The notes under the pieces are model-generated. The model was not told the DNA's origin. It saw only the letters and a program-made list of their open reading frames with translations, and ran no database searches. DNA of 63,634 bases, the filler included. It is 10 parts of 10 records of this genome, joined end to end, with 100 filler letters (N's around TTAATTAATTAA, not from the genome) between each part and the next. Parts side by side here need not be neighbours in the genome. Positions count along the whole stretch, not along the records: positions 14,867 to 20,626 come from SRR31156797_74474; positions 20,727 to 27,265 come from SRR31156797_74519; positions 27,366 to 33,413 come from SRR31156797_74577; 7 more parts are not named here. The stretch is one strand, 5' to 3'. The position numbers and the translations under genes are program-made. Positions 19,397 to 30,822 of the stretch are shown here, one piece after another; position 1 is the stretch's first letter, and each line of letters starts with the position of its first letter.

Positions 19397-20593
19397 ATGA
19401 GACGATATTCTATTTTAACATGTCTGCTGATTGTGCTTCTATCTTTTTCCCTGGCCGGGGCCCAGGGTGCTTCTAAAGGATCATGCCCGGATGAAAAGAC
19501 GTTGACCCCGGACGCCAGAATTGCCCTGGTGGCAGCCCAGAAATTCATAACGGAAAAGAAGGCGGCCCGGGCGGAAAAAGTCTTAACGGAATTTACTCAA
19601 AAGCACCCGGATGAAAACCATGCCTTTGTCGCCTATACCCTGGCCGCTTGTTACCTGGACTTGAATAAACTTAAGTCAGCTTTGGCGCAGTATGAAAAAA
19701 CAATTGATTTCTGTCCGGCCTATGCCCCGGCCTGGCAGAATCTGGCCAAGATCTGTTTTGATTTAAAAAAATACAACAGGGCGGGCGTGGCCCTGGAAAA
19801 GGCCTGGGAACTGACCGGGCGCAAAAATCATCTGTTGCGGTTCCAGGCCGCTGTGGCCTTTATCTCAGCTAAAAAACAACAAAAAGCACTGCCCATCCTG
19901 GCGGAACTGTGCTCGGGAAAGACCGGCATCCCCGAAGATAAATGGGTGAAGCTTTTGGTTCAGACCGCCATGGCCGTCAAGCAACCCAAAACGGCATTAA
20001 AAACCGTAGAGCGGCTTTTGGCCCGGCCTGATCCTGACGCCTATCTGTTTCGTCTGGCCTCGGTTTTGTATCTGGAGTCAGCCAATTACCGGAAAGCGGC
20101 CCAGAATCTGGAAGCTTACAGTCTTGTTGCAACGCTGTCCAGGCAGGAGCGGAAACTGTTGGCAGACCTTTACGCCAATTTGGGTATCCCGTCCCGGGCC
20201 GCCCCCAATTATGAGATCCTTGTCGCCGGCAAGCCCTCTGCCGGACTTTGGGGACGGGCTGCGGCCTGCTGGTTTGAAGCCTGTGATTATGACAAAGCGC
20301 TGAAGGTCGCACAAAGAGGCCTGGCTGCCTTTCCCCGATCCTGTCGTCTCTGGCGGATTAAAGGCTGGGTTCATTATGAAAACAAAGACTATAACCTGGC
20401 TTCCCAGGCCTTTGCCAAGGCAAGTGGCCTGGATCGTAATGATATAAATTCCCTGTTTTTACACGGCCTTTGCGCCTGCCGGGCCGGGGACAGGGATTCA
20501 GCCAGAAAAGCGCTTGAAAAAGTGGTCTGTCACGATCGCTATAAAGCCCGGGCCCTGGGGCTGATCCACGAAATGGAGGATGAAAATATTTGA
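19397..20593 (+). CDS. Periplasmic tetratricopeptide-repeat protein (TtpD-like)
   Basis: Signal peptide, repeated TPR-like helices; last gene of the TonB cluster. Confidence 0.8.
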   Translation: MRRYSILTCLLIVLLSFSLAGAQGASKGSCPDEKTLTPDARIALVAAQKFITEKKAARAEKVLTEFTQKHPDENHAFVAYTLAACYLDLNKLKSALAQYEKTIDFCPAYAPAWQNLAKICFDLKKYNRAGVALEKAWELTGRKNHLLRFQAAVAFISAKKQQKALPILAELCSGKTGIPEDKWVKLLVQTAMAVKQPKTALKTVERLLARPDPDAYLFRLASVLYLESANYRKAAQNLEAYSLVATLSRQERKLLADLYANLGIPSRAAPNYEILVAGKPSAGLWGRAAACWFEACDYDKALKVAQRGLAAFPRSCRLWRIKGWVHYENKDYNLASQAFAKASGLDRNDINSLFLHGLCACRAGDRDSARKALEKVVCHDRYKARALGLIHEMEDENI

Positions 20594-20626
20594 TCTTTTA
20601 TAACGGCCACGGGCCGACCTGGCCTA

Positions 20627-20726
20627 NNNNNNNNNNNNNNNNNNNNNNNNNNNNNNNNNNNNNNNNNNNNTTAATTAATTAANNNNNNNNNNNNNNNNNN
20701 NNNNNNNNNNNNNNNNNNNNNNNNNN
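20627..20726. other. Artificial contig spacer
   Basis: N run + TTAATTAATTAA + N run. Confidence 0.99.
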
Positions 20727-21813
20727 CGGGAACACCGTGCTTCATGCCGAGTTCCCAGTCCTCTGCGCCGTGGCCCGGTGCGATGTGGACAAAACCGGTA
20801 CCGGTGTCGATTTCGACGAAATCGGCCGGTAGGGCCCGCACCTCGAAATCGTAACCCTTGTCGTGCAGGGGATGGTGGCAGACGGTGCCGGCCAGCTCAC
20901 TTCCCTTCAGGCGCCGGACGATTTCGTGGTCGCCAATCCCGGTTTTTTGCACAACCTCGGACACCAACGCCTCGGCAATGATCATGCGTTCGCCCGGGAC
21001 AGCCAAGCTGCCTTCGTTGGCGGTTTTCACTTCCAAAAGCACATAGTCGATCCAATCGCCGTAGGCGACCGCCCGGTTACCGGGAATCGTCCATGGCGTC
21101 GTCGTCCAGATGACGATTTTGGCGCCGTCCAGTCCCTCGGCCAACGTGCTAACGATGGAGAAACGGACATAGATGATGGTCGACGTATGATCGTGGTATT
21201 CGACCTCGGCCTCGGCCAGGGCCGTCTTCTCCTCGACCGACCAAAGAACCGGCTTCGATCCCTTGTAGAGGCTTCCGTTCATCAGGAACTTGCCGAATTC
21301 CTTGACGATGGTCGCCTCGGCCTCGAAACTCATCGTCAAATAGGGATTGTCCCAGTCGCCGACGCCGCCGAGACGCTTGAATTCCTCGCGCTGAATGTCG
21401 ATCCACTTGGCGGCAAATTCCCGGCATTCCTGCCGGAAATCGACGACCGGCACTTCGTCCTTGTCCTTGCCTGCGGCCCGGTATTTTTCCTCGATTTTCC
21501 ATTCGATCGGAAGACCGTGGCAATCCCACCCAGGTACATAGTTGGCGTCCTTGCCCAGCATCTGCTGGGAACGGACAATCACATCCTTGAGAATCTTGTT
21601 GAGCGCCGTTCCCATATGCAGGTGGCCGTTCGCGTATGGCGGACCGTCGTGCAGGATGAATTTTTCCCTGCCCTTTGCCGCTTCCCGGTGTCGCCGGTAA
21701 ATGTCCAGCTTTTCCCAACGCTCAAGGATTTCCGGCTCGCGCTTCGGCAGGCCGGCTTTCATCGGGAAGTCCGTTTTCGGAAGGTATAGGGTCGGTTTGT
21801 AATTCGCGCTCAT
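20727..21813 (-). CDS. ileS: Isoleucyl-tRNA synthetase (3' truncated)
   Basis: LPKTDFPMKA, HDGPPYANGHLHMG, PGWDCHGLPIE, IWTTTPWT, GTGFVHIAPGHG. Confidence 0.97.
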
Positions 21814-21866
21814 TCTCTTGGCTCGCTGCTTGGCTTGTGCCGGTTCGTCGGCGGTTATAAAGGTTT

Positions 21867-22808
21867 TTACGCGTGCGCCAAGATCATTCGGGCTTTTTCA
21901 CAGTCCTCTGCGATCTGCGCCTTGAGTTCGTCAAGCCCGTCAAATCGCCTTTCCGGCCGCAAGTAATCGACAAGCGCAACACGGACGCGCCGGCCATAAA
22001 GGTCGCCGTCGAAATCGAACAAATGCGTTTCCAGCAAAACGTCGGTTCCGGCGAAGGTCGGTCGATGACCGAGGTTCGCGACTCCGGGCAACCAGCCGGC
22101 ACCAGAATCCCCGTCAACCTTGGCCCGGACCGCATAGACACCGTTCACCGGCCGGACATAGGCACCCAAATCCAGGTTCAAGGTTGGGAAACCGATGGTT
22201 CTGCCTCGCCTCTCGCCGGCCCGTACAACCCCTTCGATTTCAAACGGGCGTCCCAAAACATGGGTCGCCCCGGCAGGGTCGGCATTGCGCAAGCATTCCC
22301 GAGCCCTGGTCGCGGAATAGCCTTCGCCTTCGCCGTCCCGAACTTGCGGAACGCAGGTAAAGCCGAAACCGTTCTCGCGGCCCATGCGCAGAAGAAGTTC
22401 GCCATCTCCTTGTCGGCCGTGACCGAAAACGAAATCGTATCCGCACACCACGTGCCGGGCCTGTACCCCATCCACCAAAATACGCTGAACAAACTCTTCT
22501 GCGGGGATCTGCGAAAAGTCGATGGAAAAGCGCAAAACGATCAAATGATCGACACCCAGCGCCTCGATTTCCCGGGCCTTGACGCGAAACGGGGTCAGCC
22601 GGAACGGCGGCGTATCGGCAACAAAGACACCGCGCGGATGGGGTTCGAAGGTCAGCACGGCCCAGGGCACACCGGCGGTTTTCGCCAGGCGGCCGGCCTC
22701 GCCGATCACCGCCTGATGACCGCGATGGACCCCGTCATAGTTCCCGACCGCGATGGCGGCACCTCGTGCCGCATCCGAAAATCCGTCTATGTGTCGATGT
22801 ATCTGCAT
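21867..22808 (-). CDS. ribF: Bifunctional riboflavin kinase/FAD synthetase
   Basis: GNYDGVHRGHQ, TFEPHP, GRTIGFPTLN, LETHLFDF; conserved ribF-ileS order. Confidence 0.96.
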   Translation of the reverse strand: MQIHRHIDGFSDAARGAAIAVGNYDGVHRGHQAVIGEAGRLAKTAGVPWAVLTFEPHPRGVFVADTPPFRLTPFRVKAREIEALGVDHLIVLRFSIDFSQIPAEEFVQRILVDGVQARHVVCGYDFVFGHGRQGDGELLLRMGRENGFGFTCVPQVRDGEGEGYSATRARECLRNADPAGATHVLGRPFEIEGVVRAGERRGRTIGFPTLNLDLGAYVRPVNGVYAVRAKVDGDSGAGWLPGVANLGHRPTFAGTDVLLETHLFDFDGDLYGRRVRVALVDYLRPERRFDGLDELKAQIAEDCEKARMILAHA

Positions 22809-22948
22809 GGCCGCAAGAAGGTGTCAATCGTGTCCGGTGCGGTCAAGGGGAATCACCCCTCAAAAAAACCTCAATGCGTATCCATATCCGTCATTTCAAG
22901 CCCGGGTTTCTTTCGAAACCGCCAAATTCGGGTTATCCTCGCTGCACC

Positions 22949-24151
22949 ATGACGACCCGACGTCTCAAATTCCTGATCGTTGCATTGGTAGCGGCCCTTC
23001 TGTTGGCTGTGCTGGCGTATTTTCTGCTGCCCGAAGGAGAGATTGAACCACTTCCGCCTGAAACCCCAACCGCCGTGCCGCCACCACTGGAACCTTCAAC
23101 CTCCGCACCGCAGCCGTCTGAAAAACCAACACCTGCACCTCGGCCGTCTGAACCTCCATCTCCCGCACCGCAGCCGCCCGAACAATCCACACCGGCGACG
23201 CTATTGGAGCTCGGCCTGCCGATCAATTGCACGCCCGGAGAATCCTGTTGGTTGGTGAATTACGTCGATCACGATCCTTCCAAAGGTATCCGTGATTTCA
23301 TGTGTGGTGTCGCAACCTACAACGGCGCCGACGGGAAAGGGCACAACGGAACGGATTTTGCCATCCGCGACAGGGCCGCGATGCGGGCTGGCGTTCGGAT
23401 ACTGTCATCGGCAGACGGTACCATTGTCGGCGTGCGCGATGGCATGAACGATGCCCTCGTAAATTCGGCCGATGGTGTCAAAGCGCTTGGTGGGAAGTAT
23501 TGCGGGAATGGTGTTCGCATCGATCACGGAAACGGATGGACATCCCAGTATTGTCACCTGAAAAACGGTAGCATCGCCGTACAGCCAAAACAAACGGTCA
23601 AGCGCGGCGAGGTTCTCGGGCTCGTTGGCTTGTCGGGCCTAACGCAATACCCTCACCTTCACATCACACTTCGGCACAATGGAAATATCGTTGATCCGTT
23701 TGTCGGATTGGAGCGCGATAAACCCTGCGGACTTGGCCAAACGCCGTTGTGGTCGAAGGGGATTTTGCCGCGGCTCCAATACCGTCCGACAGCCATTTTC
23801 AATTTAGGATTTGCTCCCGAGAAAGCCAATTCGAAACGCGCCCGCAACGGCGACTACTCTACCGCCGAACTGGCCTCGGATTCACCGGCTCTGGTTTTGT
23901 GGGCGGATATCTTCAACGTTCGCAAAGGTGACAGGATCGTTCACCGAATCATCACGCCGGACGGACGCGCTTTGGTCGAACATACCGATACCGCCAAGAA
24001 AAACCAGGCGCGCCGGTTCATATTCGTCGGCAAACCCCGGCGCGGTACAAAATGGCCCCCCGGCGACTACGTCGGCAAAGTCACTTTGCTTCAAAATGGG
24101 GCCTCCGGGAAACCGGAACTCCAACAGACAACGACAATCCGGATCCGTTAG
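22949..24151 (+). CDS. M23-family metallopeptidase with N-terminal TM and Pro-rich linker
   Basis: HNGTD (HxxxD), YCHL, HLH zinc motifs; likely start ATG 22949. Confidence 0.88.
   Translation: MTTRRLKFLIVALVAALLLAVLAYFLLPEGEIEPLPPETPTAVPPPLEPSTSAPQPSEKPTPAPRPSEPPSPAPQPPEQSTPATLLELGLPINCTPGESCWLVNYVDHDPSKGIRDFMCGVATYNGADGKGHNGTDFAIRDRAAMRAGVRILSSADGTIVGVRDGMNDALVNSADGVKALGGKYCGNGVRIDHGNGWTSQYCHLKNGSIAVQPKQTVKRGEVLGLVGLSGLTQYPHLHITLRHNGNIVDPFVGLERDKPCGLGQTPLWSKGILPRLQYRPTAIFNLGFAPEKANSKRARNGDYSTAELASDSPALVLWADIFNVRKGDRIVHRIITPDGRALVEHTDTAKKNQARRFIFVGKPRRGTKWPPGDYVGKVTLLQNGASGKPELQQTTTIRIR
23060..23200 (+). repeat. Degenerate in-frame 30-nt tandem repeat (about 4.7 copies)
   Basis: Encodes ETPTAVPPPL/EPSTSAPQPS/EKPTPAPRPS/EPPSPAPQPP/EQSTPAT. 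Confidence 0.75.
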
Positions 24152-24665
24152 GCGCAGTTGGCACCAATGAAGGCCGGCACGTTCGCGCCATCTGGCATGG
24201 GTGACGACCGTCCACGGATGGGCCGGCAAGGCCTGCAAACAGCACGGTGAACACCACAGGTAAATATCCCGCCTTCTGCGATTGCCTGCATTCGCTCATC
24301 GAAGGTCGTTTCGGCAACAGTTACGCCCATCGGCAGCCTGAAAAACTTGGGCCATTTCCGGTTAATTCGACGAATGGTTGCCAATCCGCGATTTAGCCGT
24401 CACACTATGATGTAAGCGTTGGAAATTGCATCTCTTTTTGATGATTGTCATACCAGTGAATGCAACGCGGGGCCAATGGCGTTGCAGGACGAATTGATGC
24501 GGGAATCCCTCGGTAAATCGGCAATGCGCCGGAGAACTAAGTTACCCCCGTCAAGGCGGCCCTAAAAACAACAAACCACGACAGATTTTTCGGTTGGACT
24601 CGTCGGCGTGAAGGCCGGCATGATCGATACCGGTTGATAGCTTCGTCGACGCGACTGAGGGCACC

Positions 24666-25016
24666 ATGAACGACCAAAGCGATACTGATCTGAAGCAGTC
24701 GAAAACACGCCTGATGAAACGGCGGCGCGAGTTGCTTCAACTCGGGGTAGCCGATGCGGAATCAGTCAAACCGGTGGCTGTTGATCAAAGTTCGGAGGGG
24801 AGACTATCGCGAATGGATGCTCTTCAATCTCAAGCCGTGGAATTGGAAATCGAACGCCGTCGCCACCAGGAGCTTCAACGCATCGAATCCGCGTTGCAAC
24901 GTATCGAAGACGGTGAATTCGGTTACTGCGTTGCTTGCGGCGAGAAAATAGCCGTAAAGCGCCTGGAAAACGACCCAACCACGCCACTTTGCATAAACTG
25001 CGCGACAGAAGGCTGA
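24666..25016 (+). CDS. TraR/DksA C4-type zinc-finger protein
   Basis: GRLSRMDALQ coiled-coil tip; FGYCVACGEKI...RL...P..PLCINC. Confidence 0.9.
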   Translation: MNDQSDTDLKQSKTRLMKRRRELLQLGVADAESVKPVAVDQSSEGRLSRMDALQSQAVELEIERRRHQELQRIESALQRIEDGEFGYCVACGEKIAVKRLENDPTTPLCINCATEG

Positions 25017-25109
25017 TTGCACCACACGCAGAATTGAACTTGCTTGCGTGCTGTCAATAGCTTCCGCCCACCCCATATCCCGCTCCACACAATCGAGTGG
25101 AGCAGAATC

Positions 25110-25577
25110 ATGCGTATGATCGTTTTAGCTTTCGTTTTGGTATTCTCGGCAATCCCTGTCAGAGCCGAAAACCCGTCGCCCCATTCCGGCATGGTCGCAA
25201 TTGAAACAGGGCAGCCCTTTGCAAAGTTCGTGCAATCGCTCAGCAACGCGATCAAGAAGAACAAAATGGGGATCGTCGCCCAGGCCTGTGCCACTTGTGG
25301 CGCCAAATCCATTGGCGTGACCATCCCGGGCAATCAAATCCTCATGGTTTTTCGGCCCGATTTCGCGGTCCGTATGTTGAAAGCCAGCGAGGCCGCCGGC
25401 ATCGAAGCGCCTTTGCGCCTGTACATTACCGAGCGGGCCGACGGATCGGCACGGCTGACTTACAGAAAGCCAACTCAGGTCTTCGGCGTCTACGAGGTAC
25501 CGGAACTGGATCGCATGGCCGCCGAACTGGATCAGGTGTTCGAAAAAATCGCCGCCGACGCCTTGGCCGGAAGCTGA
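25110..25577 (+). CDS. Secreted DUF302-domain protein
   Basis: Signal peptide from ATG 25110; GIEAPLRLYITE...LTY.KP pattern. Confidence 0.75.
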   Translation: MRMIVLAFVLVFSAIPVRAENPSPHSGMVAIETGQPFAKFVQSLSNAIKKNKMGIVAQACATCGAKSIGVTIPGNQILMVFRPDFAVRMLKASEAAGIEAPLRLYITERADGSARLTYRKPTQVFGVYEVPELDRMAAELDQVFEKIAADALAGS

Positions 25578-25593
25578 CCCAAGGTCCGTTCGC

Positions 25594-26838
25594 TCAGCAC
25601 GCTCCTGTTTCGCTGCGCTCAACCTCAAGGCCGAATGCCGGTCGCAGCCAGGTTCCGACGACCGAGCCCGCCATGGCCACCACGAACCAAATCCAGCCGT
25701 GAAGGCTGGCCGAGGCGACGCCTCCGAAATAGGCGCCGATATTGCACCCGAATGCCAGGCGGGCACCGTATCCCATCAGCAGGCCACCGATGATGGCGGC
25801 CGCAACCGATCGCCAAGGCAGTCGCCAAATGCGTTTCGGTGCAAACCGACCGGCAAGGCCCGAAGCCAAAAGCGCCCCGAACAGAATTCCGATATTCATG
25901 ACGGATGTCGAATTGTCGAAGATGCTGCCCGCCAACGCCCGGCGGTGATAGGACCAGTTCCAGAACTCCCAGGCCGACAGATCGATGCCCACGGCCGAGG
26001 CCACCTTCGCCCCCCACAAGGTGAAACCATAGGTAATTCCCCATGGATGGCCCGCCACACCCAGCGTCGCAAAATTCAGGACGGCAAGCGCAACCGCACC
26101 CCATACCAGGGCCCAAGGCCCTTTGAGAAAACGGGAAAGACCTCGCCTATCGACCTGCGAGGCAGGCAGAATGCGACCGTGCCGGCGGCGCTCAAGCACC
26201 ACCGTCAGTGCGGCGATCAGTCCGAAAACCGCCATCTGGATCATCAATGCCCCGTCCAACCCGAAATTCACCAACAGTGAAAATGACGAAAGCCGGGGTT
26301 GCGCAAACCACCACGGCACGTGAAGGGTCGCGATTACCGATCCGGCGATGAATGCGGCCAGCGTGATCCACATGCGGCTGTTGCCGCTTCCCGCCGTGAA
26401 AAGGGTTCCCGATCCGCATCCGCCACCCAACTGCATGCCTAGCCCGAACAGGAACGATCCGAACAGAAGTGAAACCCCGATCGGCGCCACCGCCCCGATG
26501 ATTGGCCGTCCCAGGATATTCCCTTCCGCCAATGCCGGTAGGAACATCAATGTTGCCAAGGCCAGCATCAGCATCTGCGCGCGAAGACCGGCACCGCGGC
26601 GATCCGAGATGAACACCCGCCACGCCGAGGTGAACCCGAAGGCCGCATGGAAAAGCGCAATCCCCAGGGCACCGCCGATGAAATAAAGGATTGCTTGCCG
26701 CCATCCATGGCCGTCGAACAGGTAGGCCCCGCCGAGAACCAACGCCAGACCAGCCAATATGACGGCACGGATATTTGGCGTATCCGCCATGGCGCCGGCC
26801 TGGCGTGACAATCCAAGGGCTTGGACAAACGCGTTCAA
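25594..26838 (-). CDS. YeeE/YedE-family sulfur-compound transporter
   Basis: Multi-TM; FGLGMQLGGGCGSG and GGLLMGYGARLAFGCNIG motifs; TTG 26838 follows GGAGGA (ATG 26790 is an alternative start). Confidence 0.88.
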   Translation of the reverse strand: MNAFVQALGLSRQAGAMADTPNIRAVILAGLALVLGGAYLFDGHGWRQAILYFIGGALGIALFHAAFGFTSAWRVFISDRRGAGLRAQMLMLALATLMFLPALAEGNILGRPIIGAVAPIGVSLLFGSFLFGLGMQLGGGCGSGTLFTAGSGNSRMWITLAAFIAGSVIATLHVPWWFAQPRLSSFSLLVNFGLDGALMIQMAVFGLIAALTVVLERRRHGRILPASQVDRRGLSRFLKGPWALVWGAVALAVLNFATLGVAGHPWGITYGFTLWGAKVASAVGIDLSAWEFWNWSYHRRALAGSIFDNSTSVMNIGILFGALLASGLAGRFAPKRIWRLPWRSVAAAIIGGLLMGYGARLAFGCNIGAYFGGVASASLHGWIWFVVAMAGSVVGTWLRPAFGLEVERSETGAC

Positions 26839-26947
26839 TTGACTTCCTCCAACAGGGTCCGATTGTTCAATTCGGTTGGTGCACGTGAAATAAAAGGTGC
26901 GCGCACGATGTTGTGAAATCCGCACGCCCAAACCAGCCGATGCACGA

Positions 26948-27265
26948 TTAGTTTGTCGCGACGGGTTTTCCGTTGACGACGGGACGAGCCTCTTTTGCGG
27001 TCCACTCGGTCATGGACCCGTCATACATGCGGGTTTTGTCGTTTCCCAAAAGCTCGTGGGCGGCAAACCATCCCAACGACGCCCAGTGCCCGGTATTGCA
27101 GAAAGCAATTTGCTCGGAATCCTTGGCCACGTCCTGTTGCGCCCAAAGATCCGACAGTTTGCTAAAACTCACGAACCGGCCGGTTTTTTCGTCAAAGAAC
27201 TTCTCTTGCGGGACATTGACGGCACCGGGAATGGTTCCCGCCCGCGCCGCCTTTGGGTGTTTTGA
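26948..27265 (-). CDS. Rhodanese-type sulfurtransferase, C-terminal domain (5' truncated)
   Basis: GTIPGAVNVP, active loop FCNTGHWAS, YDGSMTEW. Confidence 0.9.
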   Translation of the reverse strand, partial: SKHPKAARAGTIPGAVNVPQEKFFDEKTGRFVSFSKLSDLWAQQDVAKDSEQIAFCNTGHWASLGWFAAHELLGNDKTRMYDGSMTEWTAKEARPVVNGKPVATN

Positions 27266-27365
27266 NNNNNNNNNNNNNNNNNNNNNNNNNNNNNNNNNNN
27301 NNNNNNNNNTTAATTAATTAANNNNNNNNNNNNNNNNNNNNNNNNNNNNNNNNNNNNNNNNNNNN
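27266..27365. other. Artificial contig spacer
   Basis: N run + TTAATTAATTAA + N run. Confidence 0.99.
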
Positions 27366-27372
27366 CATGAAT

Positions 27373-27399
27373 AGATCCTTCACTTCGTTCAGGATGACA
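27373..27399. repeat. REP-like palindromic element downstream of lptC
   Basis: AGATCCTTCACTTCGTTCAGGATGACA; ends in GGATGAC like the element at 28036-28232; sits at the contig break. Confidence 0.65.
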
Positions 27400-27415
27400 G
27401 TCTTGAGTGCGCTTT

Positions 27416-27964
27416 TTATTCATCAAACTCCCGCATCGTCTTCCCAAGCGGATTATAGATGGTCCAATTTTCGAATTTGGTATCCGAGACAAAATTGGTA
27501 CCGTAGAGTGTATCTTCTTCGGAGTAGATCTGAATAGCGGAATTGGTGTAAACCTTATCGCTGTCATTGATAAAAAATAATGAATCGGTGTAGGCGGTAA
27601 AACCGCTGTCCGAGACCATGACCACATTGCCAATGGCAACAATATTGTCGTTCTTGTCATTCACCATACCGCTATCGGCAGTAAGATAAGATTCATGCAG
27701 TCCGTCTTTATAAAAATCAATGCGCATGCTGTCGCTGATGATCATATCATTGGAATTCGGGTACTGGACGATATGCCCGGCATAAATGCGGGAATCCGGT
27801 TCACCATCTCGTGTGACCGTGATCACAGCATTCCAGATCTCCTGATCAGGCACCCGGCCTTCGGGAAATGTGGAATAATCGCCGGTTTTGGTACAGGCGA
27901 TTTGCATTAGTATGACAAAAATGAATATAGAAATTCTTTTAATATTTTGGATCGTTGTATTCAT
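27416..27964 (-). CDS. lptC: LPS export periplasmic protein LptC (lipoprotein type)
   Basis: Lipobox QIAC; IDFY...SYLTADSG, AIGNVV, TDSL beta-jellyroll pattern; follows kdsC. Confidence 0.8.
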   Translation of the reverse strand: MNTTIQNIKRISIFIFVILMQIACTKTGDYSTFPEGRVPDQEIWNAVITVTRDGEPDSRIYAGHIVQYPNSNDMIISDSMRIDFYKDGLHESYLTADSGMVNDKNDNIVAIGNVVMVSDSGFTAYTDSLFFINDSDKVYTNSAIQIYSEEDTLYGTNFVSDTKFENWTIYNPLGKTMREFDE

Positions 27965-28035
27965 TATGGATTAATTTACAAATCGCAAGGCAAAAGTCGA
28001 AGAACAATTAAGAATTAATAATGAAAAATTAAACA

Positions 28036-28232
28036 CGTCATCCCGAAGAATCCTGAACTGGCTTCAGGATTCATACAGTCCGTCGTCAGACAGATCGCGA
28101 AGCGCAGTGTCCACCGAAGCTATGCGAAGGTCGAAAGATCTCTCTGTTCTGATGATTTAGTAAAATTAAAACGCGCAAGACAAACTTTAAAAATCGCAAT
28201 TACAAAGAGACCGGATCAAGCCCGGGATGACG
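28036..28232. repeat. Composite REP-like inverted-repeat element
   Basis: Terminal inverted repeat CGTCATCCCG...CGGGATGACG enclosing hairpin GAATCCTGAA-CTGGC-TTCAGGATTC and a second palindrome-like unit GTCCACCGAAGCTATGCGAAGG. Confidence 0.65.
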
Positions 28233-28243
28233 ATATCTGTTTA

Positions 28244-28307
28244 TTATTCGTTATTCACTATTTACTTCGATTATTCGGATGCTCGGATGTTCGTTATTCG
28301 ATATTCA
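28244..28307. repeat. Degenerate heptamer tandem repeat (TTATTCG-like)
   Basis: TTATTCG TTATTCA CTATTTA ... TTATTCG ... TTATTCG ATATTCA. Confidence 0.6.
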
Positions 28308-28320
28308 ACTGAGAAGAATA

Positions 28321-30803
<2,483 letters not shown>

Positions 30804-30822
30804 AATCGTCCTTTAATTCTTT

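Noticed and set aside
24148..24384. Short minus-strand ORFs after the M23 peptidase
   Set aside because: No recognisable motif or ribosome-binding site in any frame; cannot support a gene or pseudogene.
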